A stretch of DNA of 63,407 bases, counting the filler, from Actinomycetota bacterium (lineage in GTDB: Bacteria > Actinomycetota > Acidimicrobiia > IMCC26256 > VFJJ01): assembly GCA_009886115.1 (NCBI GenBank). It is 5 parts of 5 records of this genome, joined end to end, with 100 filler letters (N's around TTAATTAATTAA, not from the genome) between each part and the next. Parts side by side here need not be neighbours in the genome. Positions count along the whole stretch, not along the records: positions 21,132 to 39,188 come from VFJJ01000206.1; 4 more parts are not named here. One strand, 5' to 3'. Of the stretch, positions 28,370 to 39,288 are shown piece by piece (position 1 is the stretch's first letter; each line of letters begins with the position of its first letter). The notes below the pieces were generated by a model. The model saw only the letters and a program-made list of their open reading frames with translations, searched no databases and was not told the DNA's origin. The translations under genes were made by a program, and so were the position numbers.

Positions 28370-29395
28370 GTGGACATGTCGAGCTTTCTCAAGGCGATCC
28401 CGAAGGTGAGCCTGCACCTGCACCTGATGGGGTCGATCCAGGCAGCGACGGTCGTCGACCTGGCCAAGAAGCACGGGGTCTCGTTGCCCGATTTCGACGA
28501 GCCCGAAGACCTCTACGACTATCCCGACATCTACAAGTTCCTCCACATGTACGACAACAGCGCGTTGGCGATCGTCGACCGCGACGACTTCCGCCGGATC
28601 GCGTACGAGACGCTTGCCGAAGCGGCCGAGCACAACGTGCGCTACCGCGAGATGTTCTTCAATCCCACCACGCACATGGCGGCGGGGGTGCCGTACGAGA
28701 CCGCGGTCGACGGCCTGATCGACGGCATACGCGACGCAGAGTCCGACCACGGCATCGTGTGCCGGCTCATCGCCGCGGTGAACCGCATGGAGACTCCCGA
28801 GCTGGCCATGACCATGGTCGACACGCTCGTCGAGCATCCCCGCGCCGAGGTGATCGGCATCGGGATGGACTATGCCGAGGGTGAGTTCCCGCCCGAGCGC
28901 TTCTGGAAGGCCTACCGTCTCGCCAAGGCCAACGGTCTGCGGCTCACCGCGCACGCCTCGGAAGACGCGCCACCCCGCAACATCGAGACCTGCCTCGACC
29001 TGCTGGGCTGCGAGCGCATCGACCACGGCTATCACGTGATCGAGAGCGAGGCGATCATGCAGCGCTGCGTCGACGAGGAGGTCGTGTTCACCTGCACGCC
29101 GGTGTCGACGGCCTGGGTGTACTTCGGTGACGACCTGGCCAACCATCCCATCAAGACCATGGCCGCCCGGGGCATCAAGCTGATGCTCGACTGCGACGAC
29201 CCGCCGATGTTCAAGACCAACCCGTCGAAGGACTTCATCCTGGCCGCCGAGCACATGGGCTTCGGCCCGGCCGACTTTCGCCGCTTCATGCTCAACGGCA
29301 TCGACGGCTGCTGGGTCGACGACTCGACCAAGGCCGCGTGGCGCACGTCCTACGCCGCCGACTTCGACGCCCTGGCCGCCCAGCTCGACGCCTGA
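28370..29395 (+). CDS. Adenosine deaminase family protein 2, atypical substrate-site motifs
   Basis: PKVSLHLHLMG, HASED, RIDHG, TPVST, DCDDP; GGGGAG SD before GTG. Confidence 0.9.
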   Translation: MDMSSFLKAIPKVSLHLHLMGSIQAATVVDLAKKHGVSLPDFDEPEDLYDYPDIYKFLHMYDNSALAIVDRDDFRRIAYETLAEAAEHNVRYREMFFNPTTHMAAGVPYETAVDGLIDGIRDAESDHGIVCRLIAAVNRMETPELAMTMVDTLVEHPRAEVIGIGMDYAEGEFPPERFWKAYRLAKANGLRLTAHASEDAPPRNIETCLDLLGCERIDHGYHVIESEAIMQRCVDEEVVFTCTPVSTAWVYFGDDLANHPIKTMAARGIKLMLDCDDPPMFKTNPSKDFILAAEHMGFGPADFRRFMLNGIDGCWVDDSTKAAWRTSYAADFDALAAQLDA

Positions 29396-29475
29396 GGATC
29401 GCAGCTCGGCGATCTGCGATCGCGGCACACCAACTCGTCCTGAGAGAGACGATCACCGAACCCAAAGGGGACCAC

Positions 29476-30705
29476 ATGACACAGCAGAAGCGTCCGATGA
29501 CCGACCTCGAGCGTCTGGCTAGCGCTAGCAGCCAGATCAGCCGGCGTCGCATGATGAAGATCGGCGGGATGGGCGCCGCTGGCGTCGTCCTCGGAGGCGG
29601 CGTGCTCGCCGCGTGCGGCGATGACGACGACGACACCGCTGGCGGGGCCACGGACACCACCGCCGCGGCCACGGACACCACGGCCGCGGCCACGAGCCCG
29701 GCCACGAGTGGTAGTGCGCTCGACGCGGTGCAGGCGCACTGGGTCTACATCGGCCCGCCCGACGACAACGGTTGGACCCAGACTCACGACGACGGTCGCA
29801 AGGCGGCCGAGACCGGCCTGGCTGGCAAGGCCGTCACCGGGTTCACCCCCAACGTCGGCTTCGGCGCCGAGACCACCCAGGTGTTCCGCGACCTCGCAGC
29901 GGCCGGCAACAACCTGATCGTGGCCAACACCGAGTACGTCGACCTGATGCACGTCGTCGCGGCCGAGAACACTGACGTGAAGTTCCTCGAGTGCAACGGC
30001 CACGTGTTCACCGAGAACCTCGGCGCCTACTACATGGCGCACGAGATCCCCGCCTACCTGCTCGGTGTGGCTGCCGGCCTGCTCGCCCCCAGCGGCAAGA
30101 TCGGCTACATCGGGGCCTTCCCCAGCTCCACCGGGTACAACGACGCCAACGGCCTGCTGCTCGGGGCCCGGTCGGTGAACCCCGAGGCCACCGTCAACGT
30201 GGTTCTCGTCAGCACGTTCTTCGACCCGGTGAAGGCGGCCCAGGCGGCCGAGGCGCTGCTCGCCGACGGTGTCGAGTTCCTGTTCGGGGTCATGGACGAG
30301 CCCACGTTCCTGCAGATCGCCGAAGAGGCCGGGGTATGGACCGGGTACTGGAACCTCGACTTCCGCTCGGCCGCTCCCACCAAGTACGTGAACAACTTCG
30401 ACCTGTCGGCCTGGGGCCCGTACTACACCCAGCAGCTCCAGGCCGTGCTCGACGGTACGTGGACGGCCGGCACCGAAGCGACGCTGCTCGAATGCCCGCT
30501 CGGCGCGTGGGGCGACGAGGTGCCCCAGGACGTGCAGGATGCGGTGGCCGAGGCCAAGACGGCACTCGATGCGGCCGGCGGCGTGTACGTGGGCCCGATC
30601 TTCGACAACAAGGGCGAGGAGCGCATCCCGGCCGGAGAGGTCTGGACGTCGCAGCAGGCCTACGCCGTCAACTTCGCCGTCGATGGTGTGACCGGGCTGG
30701 ACTGA
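29476..30705 (+). CDS. BMP family ABC substrate-binding Tat-lipoprotein (nucleoside/purine)
   Basis: SRRRMMK...LAAC signal, YIGPPDDNGWTQTHDDGR, KIGYIGAF, GARSVNP, FFDP. Confidence 0.92.
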   Translation: MTQQKRPMTDLERLASASSQISRRRMMKIGGMGAAGVVLGGGVLAACGDDDDDTAGGATDTTAAATDTTAAATSPATSGSALDAVQAHWVYIGPPDDNGWTQTHDDGRKAAETGLAGKAVTGFTPNVGFGAETTQVFRDLAAAGNNLIVANTEYVDLMHVVAAENTDVKFLECNGHVFTENLGAYYMAHEIPAYLLGVAAGLLAPSGKIGYIGAFPSSTGYNDANGLLLGARSVNPEATVNVVLVSTFFDPVKAAQAAEALLADGVEFLFGVMDEPTFLQIAEEAGVWTGYWNLDFRSAAPTKYVNNFDLSAWGPYYTQQLQAVLDGTWTAGTEATLLECPLGAWGDEVPQDVQDAVAEAKTALDAAGGVYVGPIFDNKGEERIPAGEVWTSQQAYAVNFAVDGVTGLD

Positions 30706-30744
30706 CCGAGACTGCCCAGCCGACCCGACGATCACCACCTCCTC

Positions 30745-32283
30745 GTGAACGCGGAGGCTCCTGGAGCACAGAACGCCGTCGAGGCGAGCGGCATCACCAA
30801 GTCCTTTGGTGGTGCCCTCGCCCTCGACGGCGTCGACCTCACGCTGGCGTGGGGTGAGGTGCACGCGCTCCTGGGTGAGAACGGCGCGGGGAAGACCACG
30901 CTGTCGAACATCATCGCCGGTATCTACCGGGCCGATGCTGGCCGGGTGGTCGTCGACGGGGTCGAGCACCAGTTTCGCAACCCGGCCCAGGCCATCGCCG
31001 CCGGGATCGGCATGGTGCATCAGCATTTCCGGCTGGTCGCTCCCATGTCGGTGGCCGAGAACCTGCACCTGGGTTCACCGCAGACGCCCCGTCTGGTGAC
31101 CGAGAAGATTTTGGTGGCCCGGGCCCGAGCGCTCATGGACGAGCTGGGTCTGCACGTCGATCCGACAGCCAAGATCTGGCAGCTCTCGGTGGGCGAGCAG
31201 CAGCGGGTCGAGATCCTCCGCGTGCTCTCACGCGGCGCGCGCGTGTTGATCCTCGACGAGCCCACCGCCGTGCTCACCGCGCAGGAGGCCCACGACCTGT
31301 TCGGGGTCATGCGCCAGCTCGTCGCCGCCGGCCGCACCGTGGTGTTCATCAGCCACAAGCTCAACGAGGTGTTGGAGGTCTCCGATCGCATCACCGTGTT
31401 GCGGGGAGGCCGGCACGTCGTGACGCGCGACACGGCCGGGGCGACCGCTCGGGGGCTGGCCCGCCTCATGACCGGCGAGGAGCGCGAGCTCGACGTGACC
31501 CACCGACGTATCGACGGCTCTGCGGTTCTCACGTTGGCGGGCGTGAGCGCCCGGAACTCGCGTGGGTTGATCGCGCTCAGCCAGTGCGATCTCGTCGTTC
31601 GCGGTGGCGAGATCGTGGGTGTCGCGGGCGTGTCGGGCAACGGCCAGACCGAGCTGGCCGAGGTGATCACCGGGCTGCGCCCTCTCGAGGGCGGAACGAT
31701 CACCGTCGACGGGACCGACCTCACCAACGCCTCCGCCCGGCAGATCGCCGCTGCCGGCGTCGGTCACATCCCCGAGGATCGCATCGGTGTCGGCATGGTG
31801 TCGTCGGCGCCGGTGAAGGACAACGCGGTGCTGCGCCACTACCGCACCGACGAGCTGTCGGCCGGCAAGCAGCTCAAGCGCACCGCCGTGGTGCGCTTCG
31901 CCGAACGCCTGGTGGCTGCGGCGAGGGTCCAGACCCGTTCGGTGCACACGCCGGCCGGCCAGATGTCGGGAGGCAACCAGCAGCGTCTCGTGGCGCACCG
32001 GGAGGCGTTGGTCGGCCGACGGCTGCTGATAGCTGCCCACCCGACCCGGGGGCTCGACGTGCTGGCGACCCAGGAGGTGCAGTCGGCGCTCATCGCTCGA
32101 CGCGACGACGGTGCCGGCGTGCTGCTCATCTCCGACGACCTCGATGAGGTGCTGCTCATGAGCGACCGGATCGCCGTCATGTACGAAGGTCGGATCATGG
32201 GAATGTTCGATCGTGGCGACGCCGACCGGGCCCGCATCGGCCTCCTCATGGGCGGGCACGCCGAGGAGGCCTTCGCACCGTGA
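30745..32283 (+). CDS. ABC importer ATPase with two NBDs (NupA/YufO-like)
   Basis: GENGAGKT, LSVGEQQ, LDEPT, GVSGNGQ, MSGGNQQ, PTRGLD. Confidence 0.95.
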   Translation: MNAEAPGAQNAVEASGITKSFGGALALDGVDLTLAWGEVHALLGENGAGKTTLSNIIAGIYRADAGRVVVDGVEHQFRNPAQAIAAGIGMVHQHFRLVAPMSVAENLHLGSPQTPRLVTEKILVARARALMDELGLHVDPTAKIWQLSVGEQQRVEILRVLSRGARVLILDEPTAVLTAQEAHDLFGVMRQLVAAGRTVVFISHKLNEVLEVSDRITVLRGGRHVVTRDTAGATARGLARLMTGEERELDVTHRRIDGSAVLTLAGVSARNSRGLIALSQCDLVVRGGEIVGVAGVSGNGQTELAEVITGLRPLEGGTITVDGTDLTNASARQIAAAGVGHIPEDRIGVGMVSSAPVKDNAVLRHYRTDELSAGKQLKRTAVVRFAERLVAAARVQTRSVHTPAGQMSGGNQQRLVAHREALVGRRLLIAAHPTRGLDVLATQEVQSALIARRDDGAGVLLISDDLDEVLLMSDRIAVMYEGRIMGMFDRGDADRARIGLLMGGHAEEAFAP

Positions 32284-33356
32284 ACACCATTCGCTTCGAA
32301 CGTCGCGCCACCAGCGACGCACGTCGATCGGCGGCCTTTCGGGTTCTCGGCGCGGTCGCCGGAATCCTCGTTGCGGGGTTGGTGTTGCTCATCACGTCCC
32401 GCAACCCGTTCACGCTCCTCGGCGACGCCTTCGATGCCAATTTCGGCTCTCAGCGGGGGCTCGAGGAGACGGCGATCTACGCGACACCGATCCTCCTGAA
32501 CGGCCTCGCCGTGGCGCTCTCGCTGCGGATGAAGATCTGGAACATCGGCGCCGACGGCCAGTTCCTCATGGGAGCCTGGGCGGCCACCGGGGTCGGCATC
32601 CACTGGGCCGGGCCCGACCCGCTCGTGCTCCTCGTCATGGCACTGGTGGGCGCGGCGGCGGGTGCGGCATGGATCCTCATCCCGGCTCTGGCTCGGGCCT
32701 ACTGGGGTGTGAACGAGATCATCACGACCCTGCTCTTGAACTTCGTGGCGCTCCAGTTGGTCCTCTGGGCGACGTTGGGTTTCTGGCGTGACACGAAGTC
32801 TGCGGTCGTGCAGTCGGCGCCACCGGTGTCGGCGAACCTTCCGGTCTTTCCCGGGCTCGACTTCCTGCACATCGGGTTCATCGCCCCGCTCGTGCTCACC
32901 GCCGTGCTGTGGTGGGTGTTCCGATCGAGCACCTGGGGCTTCGAGATCGACACGATCGGCGGGAACCCTCGGGCGGCCGCGTTCGCCGGCATCAACGTTC
33001 CCGTCCGCATCGTGCTGGTGATGCTCTGCACCGGGGCCATCGCCGGGCTCTCGGGGATGATCCACCTGAGCGGCTATGCGTTCCGCCTCAACGGCGGAAT
33101 CTCCACCAACTACGGCCTGTCGGGGTTCATCGTCGCGGCGCTCGCCGGGGGCTCGTTCATCGGGCTCCTCGTGGGCGGCCTCTTCATCGCGTCGATGCTC
33201 CACGCCGGGATCACCTTGCAGGCCAAGGGCCTGTCGACCTACATCATCCTCGCCATCTACGGAGCGATCCTCCTCGGCATAGCCATCGGTGAGGTCGCGG
33301 CCCGCTATCGGATGGTGCGGGAGCGCTACGACCCCGCCACCGAGGCCGTCCGATGA
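32280..33356 (+). CDS. Nucleoside ABC permease 1
   Basis: NIGADGQ, NEIITTLLLN, GNPRAA..AGI; GTGA overlap. Confidence 0.93.
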   Translation: MNTIRFERRATSDARRSAAFRVLGAVAGILVAGLVLLITSRNPFTLLGDAFDANFGSQRGLEETAIYATPILLNGLAVALSLRMKIWNIGADGQFLMGAWAATGVGIHWAGPDPLVLLVMALVGAAAGAAWILIPALARAYWGVNEIITTLLLNFVALQLVLWATLGFWRDTKSAVVQSAPPVSANLPVFPGLDFLHIGFIAPLVLTAVLWWVFRSSTWGFEIDTIGGNPRAAAFAGINVPVRIVLVMLCTGAIAGLSGMIHLSGYAFRLNGGISTNYGLSGFIVAALAGGSFIGLLVGGLFIASMLHAGITLQAKGLSTYIILAIYGAILLGIAIGEVAARYRMVRERYDPATEAVR

Positions 33357-34327
33357 TCGACAATGCGTTCTTGAGCATCATCAGCGTCGCCATCCCGGCC
33401 AGCACCGTGGTGGTGTTCTCGGCCACCGGGGCGATGGTGACCGAACGAGTCGGCGTGTTGAACCTGGGCCAGGAAGGCCTCATCGGCATCGGCGCGGTGT
33501 ACGCCGTGATCGCCGCCACCGAGTGGGGAGTCGCCAGCCCGTGGCTGTGTCTCGGCATCGGCGTGCTGGCGGCGGCGGTCCTCGGCGCGATCTTCGCCGT
33601 CGCCGTGGTGATCTTTCGCGCCAACCAGGTGCTGGCCGGGCTGGCGATCGCGCTGGGCGGCGTGGGTCTGGCCAACCAGCTCGGCACGAATCGCAACGGT
33701 TCGCTGTACCCCTCCAAGTTCACCGAGGAGAGCCCGTTCGGCCTCGGTGGCGCCGGGCAGATCGGCGAGGCGTTCTTCCGGCACTACGCCATCGTGTACA
33801 TCGCCTACCTCGTGGTCCCCGCCGCCTTGTGGTTCTTGTACTTCCGTACTCGGCACGGGATGAACGTGCGCGCCGTGGGCGAAAACCCGGCCGCGGCCGA
33901 TGCCGTGGGCGTCAACGTGCTCGGGATGCGCCTCTGGTACACGATTCTGGGCGCAGCGATCAGCGGTTGCGGCGGCGCCTATCTCGTGCTGACCGTGACC
34001 CGCTCGTGGTCGCCCGACATCGCCCGGGGGCGGGGTTGGGTAGCGTTGGCCGTGGTGATCTTCGCCGCCTGGAGGCCGTTCCGGGTCGTGCTCGGCGCCC
34101 TCTTGTTCGGTGCCATGATCTCGCTCGACTTCACGGCTCAGGCCCGGGGCTGGGACTTGCCGTTCATGGGCGCGAGCGACCTGGCGTTCCTCCTGTCGAT
34201 GCTGCCCTACCTGGTGACGCTCATCGCCATCCTCACTCCGGCGGGGCTCGCCCGGCTCGGGCTGCGAACTCGGGGAACCATTGCTCCCGGCGGACTGGCG
34301 ATCCCCTACTTCCGAGAAGAGCGCTGA
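33353..34327 (+). CDS. Nucleoside ABC permease 2
   Basis: ERVGVLNLGQEG, RAVGENP.AAD..GVNV, GRGWVALA, LPYLVT. Confidence 0.93.
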   Translation: MIDNAFLSIISVAIPASTVVVFSATGAMVTERVGVLNLGQEGLIGIGAVYAVIAATEWGVASPWLCLGIGVLAAAVLGAIFAVAVVIFRANQVLAGLAIALGGVGLANQLGTNRNGSLYPSKFTEESPFGLGGAGQIGEAFFRHYAIVYIAYLVVPAALWFLYFRTRHGMNVRAVGENPAAADAVGVNVLGMRLWYTILGAAISGCGGAYLVLTVTRSWSPDIARGRGWVALAVVIFAAWRPFRVVLGALLFGAMISLDFTAQARGWDLPFMGASDLAFLLSMLPYLVTLIAILTPAGLARLGLRTRGTIAPGGLAIPYFREER

Positions 34328-34372
34328 GCGCCGTCGACCCGATCGCGAATCGGGTCGAAAGAGCGCGCGGTC

Positions 34373-36529
34373 GTGGACGCCGGGTTTGACAGCATCGAGG
34401 ACGTGACCATCGCCGGTGCCGACAGCGGAGCCCTTCACGCGGCCGATCACGCGGTCTCGATCGCCGCCGCCGACGCTCGGTGGACCGAGTGCGGCCACGA
34501 CCCTGGTGCCGGGCTCAACGCGGTGTTGGGCGACGGCGAGGGGCCGGGTGCGCCGGTGACCGGACCGGGCCTCGTGCGCTGGGTGCTGCGGCGCCAGCGT
34601 GTGCGCATCGTGGTCGGCGCGTCGGCCGGCATCGGGTGGATGGGTGCGATGGCGCTGATCCCCGTGGCGTTGGGCCGGGCGATCGACCGGGCGGTCGACG
34701 GCGGGTCGCGCCGCGACATCGTGCAGTGGTGCGCGGCGTTGGCCCTGGTGCTCGCGGCCCAGGCCGTCTCGGGGGTCATCCGTCACCGCACAGCGGAGAT
34801 GCTCGCCGAACGCACCCGATGGCTGCTCGAGCGGCTCGTCACCCGCCGGGTGCTCGATCCCCGAGGCGGGCCGCCGGTCGACGCGGGACGCGTGTGGTCG
34901 CTGGCGTCGAGCGACGCGCAAGCCGTCGGGGGCATCGCCGATCTCATGTGCCGGGGCTCGGGCGCCGTGGCGACCTTTCTGGCGGTCGGCAGCGGCATGC
35001 TGATCACCTCGCCCGCGCTCGGATCGTTGGTGCTGATCGGCCTTCCCCTGTGCATGCTGGTGCTGGTCCCGCTGTGGCGGCCGTACGAGCGACGGGCGAC
35101 GGTCACCCAGGCTCGGCTGGCCGACGCAGCCGGGGTCGCGACCGACGTCGTGCAGGGCCTCCGGGTGGTCAAGGGCCTGGGCGGTGAACGGGCCGTGCGA
35201 GCCTGGTTCGCCGAGAGCACGAGCGAGATCGAGGGCTCGGCGGTGGCGCTGGCCCGCAGCGGGTCGGCTTGGACGGCGCTCTCGGCGGTGATCCACGGCG
35301 TGTTCCTCGGCGTGGTCACCTGGCGCGGCGGGCGTCTTGCGCTCGACGGCGAGCTCTCGCCGGGCGAGCTGGTCACGTTCACCGGTCTGGCGGTGTTCCT
35401 CGCCGTACCGCTGGCCACCTTCGCCGAGGTCGGCGACGTCTGGGCCCGGGGACTGGCGTCGGCCCAGCGGATCGCAGAAGTCCTCGCCGCGCCTGTCGCT
35501 GTCGACGACCCTGACGTCGAACGCGCACCGGCAGCTCCTCGCGCTGCCGACGGGCGCGCGCCCGGAACCCACATCTTGGGGCTCCGGGCGATCGAGCACG
35601 GTCGGCTCACCGGACTCGATGTCGTACTCGACCGCGGGTTGATCGGCATCGTCGTCGACGAGGTCCGCAACGCGAGCGCGATCGCGGCTCTCCTGGCGCG
35701 CCGCAGCGATCCAGACGCCGGCGTCGTCGCCCTCGGCGGCATCGACGTGCGCGAGCTGACGCTCGACGCGTTGCGCACGAGCGTCGTCGTCGACGGCGGG
35801 CACGATCCCTGGCTCACCGATGCACCTGCCGGCGAGAACATCGCGCTCGGTCGACCCGCCGCGTCCCGGCAGGAGCTGGTCGACGCGCTCCTCGCCGCTG
35901 CGGGCGACGACATCCTCGACCGGGGTGCCGGCCTCGACGAGCCGGTGGGCGCACGAGGATTCGGGCTCTCGGGTGGGCAACGCCAGCGGCTGGTCGTGGC
36001 CCGAGCCCTCGCCACGGCCGCGCCCGTGATCGTGCTCGACGAGCCGACCACCGCGCTCGACACGATCACCGAGCAACGGCTGGTGGAGCGGCTTCGTGCC
36101 GCACGCGAGGGTCTGCTGACGGTCGTGATCACCACGAGCCCCGGCGTGCTCGGGGCGTGCGACCGTGTGGTGCTCGTCGTCGAGGGAAGCGTCGCCGCCG
36201 ACGGCCGTCACGCCGAGCTCCTCCACGACGCCCGGTATCGGGCCATCGTCTCGACTGCAGGCGCTGCGTCGACCGACGACGCCATGCCCGCCGGGGTCTC
36301 GACCGCAGGCGTCGCGTCGACCGACGCCGGGTCGACCGATGTGCCGCCGCCGGATGCTGGGTCCGCCGACGCCGTCTCGCCCGATGCGGGTGCCGCCGGT
36401 GGTGGTGCCACCCGCGGGGCCTCGACCGACGAGCTCGCAGCCGATGTGTCGCAGCACGGGCCGGCCAACCGCGACCGACGATCGTCAGACGGCGATTCGG
36501 GACGAGGTCCCGGCGAGGACGTGCCATGA
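34373..36529 (+). CDS. ABC exporter TMD-NBD subunit with degenerate Walker A
   Basis: Transmembrane domain, [13 protein letters not shown], no GxxGxGK; start uncertain. Confidence 0.85.
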   Translation: MDAGFDSIEDVTIAGADSGALHAADHAVSIAAADARWTECGHDPGAGLNAVLGDGEGPGAPVTGPGLVRWVLRRQRVRIVVGASAGIGWMGAMALIPVALGRAIDRAVDGGSRRDIVQWCAALALVLAAQAVSGVIRHRTAEMLAERTRWLLERLVTRRVLDPRGGPPVDAGRVWSLASSDAQAVGGIADLMCRGSGAVATFLAVGSGMLITSPALGSLVLIGLPLCMLVLVPLWRPYERRATVTQARLADAAGVATDVVQGLRVVKGLGGERAVRAWFAESTSEIEGSAVALARSGSAWTALSAVIHGVFLGVVTWRGGRLALDGELSPGELVTFTGLAVFLAVPLATFAEVGDVWARGLASAQRIAEVLAAPVAVDDPDVERAPAAPRAADGRAPGTHILGLRAIEHGRLTGLDVVLDRGLIGIVVDEVRNASAIAALLARRSDPDAGVVALGGIDVRELTLDALRTSVVVDGGHDPWLTDAPAGENIALGRPAASRQELVDALLAAAGDDILDRGAGLDEPVGARGFGLSGGQRQRLVVARALATAAPVIVLDEPTTALDTITEQRLVERLRAAREGLLTVVITTSPGVLGACDRVVLVVEGSVAADGRHAELLHDARYRAIVSTAGAASTDDAMPAGVSTAGVASTDAGSTDVPPPDAGSADAVSPDAGAAGGGATRGASTDELAADVSQHGPANRDRRSSDGDSGRGPGEDVP

Positions 36530-38535
36530 GTGGGCCGGATGTCGCGGGATGGTCAGAGGATCGTCCGAGCTCAGATGCGACCGCTGCGACCCCACGGGCG
36601 GCCGCTGTGGTCGGGGCCGGCGACGGGAGCCGGCTGCCCATCGCGACCACGCGCGAGGCGCGAGCCCGCGTCGTGCGCCTGTTGCGCGATCGCTGGCGGC
36701 CCACGGCCGGGGTCATCGCGCTCACCGCAGGGGCGACGGCCGCTCGCCTCGCCGGCCCGGCCCTCATCGGCGTCGTCGTCGACGCCGTTGCCGCCGCCGA
36801 CCTCGACAGCCGATCGACGATCGACCAGGCGGCCGTGGCGTTCATCGTGCTCGCTCTGGCGGGGTCGCTGCTTCAGTACTGGGCAGGGGTGCGGGCTGCG
36901 GTCGTGGGCGAGAGCGCGCTGGCCGAGCTGCGCGCTGAGGTCTTCGAGCATGCGGTCGGCCTTCCCATCGACGTGGTCGAGGGTGCGGGGACCGGCGAGC
37001 TCGTGAGTCGCGTGTCGGGAGACATCACCGTCTTGGCCAACACGGTGCGAACCACCGCCCCCGTCGTCTTCTTCGCCGCGGTCGAGACGATCTTCACCGT
37101 GACGGCGCTGGTGATCGTGCACCCGCTGCTCGCCGCGGCGTCGCTGGCAGCCTGGGTGCCGCTGGGACTCACCGGCGGGATCTGGTTCACCCGCAACGCG
37201 CCGCCCCGATATCGCGCGCTACGACAGGTCCATGCCGAGCTCGCGGGCGCCCTTCTCGAGGCCTACCACGGAGCAATGACGCTCGTCGCCTATCGGGCCC
37301 AATCCCGTCACCGGGCGCGGCTGGCCGGCGTTGGGCGTCGGGTCGTCGACTCGGAGCTGGCGACGTGCTCGGCTCGGAACCGGCTCCGCCCGGCCGTCGA
37401 GATGGGTGCCGCGTGCTCACTGATGGTTGCCATCGGCCTGGGTGCCGAGCTCGTGTCGCGGGGCTCGATGACCGTGGGTCAGGCCAGTGCTGCTGCGCTG
37501 TACCTGCTTCGCCTGCTCGACCCGGTCGGCCGCCTGCTCGAGCAGGTCGACCAGGTGCAACAGTCGAGCGCCGCCGTCGCCCGTCTCGTCGGTGTCACCC
37601 AGATCCCCATCGACGATGTGGCTGATCGCCAGCAAGCGCAGGTGGCGCAGCATGCGCAGGTGGCGCAGCATGCGCCGCGTGGCGACGATGCCGATCCCGG
37701 CGAGCCTTTCGCACCCGATGCACCCGATGCACCCGATGCACCCGATGCACCCGACGCGACCGGCGCAACCCACGAGCCCGGCGTCGGCCGCGGCGGACGC
37801 CGCCCGGCCGTGGAGCTCCGTGGTGTGAGCTTCGGCTACGCGCCCGGCCATCTGGCGGTCGAGGACATCGACCTCGCGATCGCCGAGGGTGAGCATGTCG
37901 TGATCGTGGGCCCCAGCGGAGCCGGCAAGACCACGCTGGCCAAGCTGCTGTGCGGAGCGCACCATCGCTGGGGAGGGACGATCGCCCTCGCCGGCATCGA
38001 CATCGACGAGTACGACAGGACTCTCCTGCTGCGCACCGTCGCCATGGTCGCCCAGGAGGGTCACGTGTTCGGCCGGTCGATCGCCGACAACGTCCGCCTC
38101 GCCCGTCCCGATGCGGGCGACCTCGAGGTCGCGGCTGCGCTCGACGCGGTCGAGGCCACCGAATGGGTTCGCCGCCTGCCCCATGGCACGGCCACGCTGG
38201 TGGGCTCGGGGCATCGCCTGCTCACACCGCCTGAGGCCCAGCAGGTCGGGTTGGCCCGACTCGTGTGCGCCGATCCCGCGATCGTGATCCTCGACGAGGC
38301 GACCGCCGACCTCGACCCCACGACGGCGGCGCGTACCGAGCGCCATCTCGAGACCGTGCAGGCCGGTCGGACCGTGATCACGATCGCCCACCGGCTCTCG
38401 GCCGCGCTGCGGAGCGACCGGGTCGTGGTGATGGACCGGGGCCGCATCGTCGCCCACGGCCCGCACGGGGAGTTGCTCGTCACGAGTGATCTGTACCGCT
38501 CACTGTGGGATGCCTGGACCCGGTCCGGCGCGTGA
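36526..38535 (+). CDS. ABC exporter TMD-NBD subunit with degenerate signature motif
   Basis: [17 protein letters not shown] in place of LSGGQ, ILDEAT, AHRL; ATGA overlap; (GCACCCGAT)5 linker repeat at 37711-37755. Confidence 0.88.
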   Translation: MSGPDVAGWSEDRPSSDATAATPRAAAVVGAGDGSRLPIATTREARARVVRLLRDRWRPTAGVIALTAGATAARLAGPALIGVVVDAVAAADLDSRSTIDQAAVAFIVLALAGSLLQYWAGVRAAVVGESALAELRAEVFEHAVGLPIDVVEGAGTGELVSRVSGDITVLANTVRTTAPVVFFAAVETIFTVTALVIVHPLLAAASLAAWVPLGLTGGIWFTRNAPPRYRALRQVHAELAGALLEAYHGAMTLVAYRAQSRHRARLAGVGRRVVDSELATCSARNRLRPAVEMGAACSLMVAIGLGAELVSRGSMTVGQASAAALYLLRLLDPVGRLLEQVDQVQQSSAAVARLVGVTQIPIDDVADRQQAQVAQHAQVAQHAPRGDDADPGEPFAPDAPDAPDAPDAPDATGATHEPGVGRGGRRPAVELRGVSFGYAPGHLAVEDIDLAIAEGEHVVIVGPSGAGKTTLAKLLCGAHHRWGGTIALAGIDIDEYDRTLLLRTVAMVAQEGHVFGRSIADNVRLARPDAGDLEVAAALDAVEATEWVRRLPHGTATLVGSGHRLLTPPEAQQVGLARLVCADPAIVILDEATADLDPTTAARTERHLETVQAGRTVITIAHRLSAALRSDRVVVMDRGRIVAHGPHGELLVTSDLYRSLWDAWTRSGA

Positions 38536-38568
38536 GGCTGACCCTCTGGGCTCCCCGGGGCAGCCGGC

Positions 38569-39072
38569 TCACCACCCCGCTGAGCCCGGTTCGCCCTTGA
38601 TCGGTCCGACGATGTCGTTCGTGACCCACCCGCCGTAGAAGCCGCCGGGCTGGGGGCGCGCCGTTTCGCCGTCGACGGTGCAGGCGTCCATCAACGCCGG
38701 GTAGAACGCCACATGGTCGCGAATGGCCTCGTATCCCGGTGTGGGAGTGGGGTACGACCAGGCGCCGCCGGGCACGCGGCGATCTCCTCCGACGACCGTC
38801 GAGTAGCGGGCCGTGCCCTTCCACTCGCACCACGACGAGCCTGACGCGGCCTCCAGGCATCCGGTCGCCACGTGGGATGGCGGGAAGAAGTAGACGGGAG
38901 CACCGGCTGTCTCGACCACCCTGAGCGCGCTTCGAGTCTCGGCGACGAGCACGCCGCCGAGCGTCACCACCAGATGACGGCTCGTGGGCTCGACCCGGGG
39001 CGGCCGGGGGTAGTCCCACACCGACTCCTGCCCCGGACCCGGAGGGACGGGTACCGGTCGCGAACTGGTCAT
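38569..39072 (-). CDS. DUF427 family protein
   Basis: ESVWDYPRPP, ETAGAPVYF, CEWKG, AWSYP, PQPGGFYGGW. Confidence 0.92.
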   Translation of the reverse strand: MTSSRPVPVPPGPGQESVWDYPRPPRVEPTSRHLVVTLGGVLVAETRSALRVVETAGAPVYFFPPSHVATGCLEAASGSSWCEWKGTARYSTVVGGDRRVPGGAWSYPTPTPGYEAIRDHVAFYPALMDACTVDGETARPQPGGFYGGWVTNDIVGPIKGEPGSAGW

Positions 39073-39100
39073 GCCCCCATGGTGCACGAACGAGCCGTGC

Positions 39101-39188
39101 TCGTCCACGACAAGGTCGTCCACGACAAGGTCGTCCACGACAAGGTCGTCCACGACAAGGTCGTCCACGACAAGGTCGTCCACGACAA
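39101..39188. repeat. 15-bp tandem repeat TCGTCCACGACAAGG, about 6 copies, running into the contig end
   Basis: Exact copies. Confidence 0.95.
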
Positions 39189-39288
39189 NNNNNNNNNNNN
39201 NNNNNNNNNNNNNNNNNNNNNNNNNNNNNNNNTTAATTAATTAANNNNNNNNNNNNNNNNNNNNNNNNNNNNNNNNNNNNNNNNNNNN
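39189..39288. other. Artificial contig spacer
   Basis: N run with TTAATTAATTAA. Confidence 0.99.

Noticed and set aside
39073..39188. DDLVV-repeat N-terminal extension of DUF427
   Set aside because: Translation of the 15-bp VNTR; ATG 39072 fits the family start and has a -10-like CACCAT 6 nt upstream
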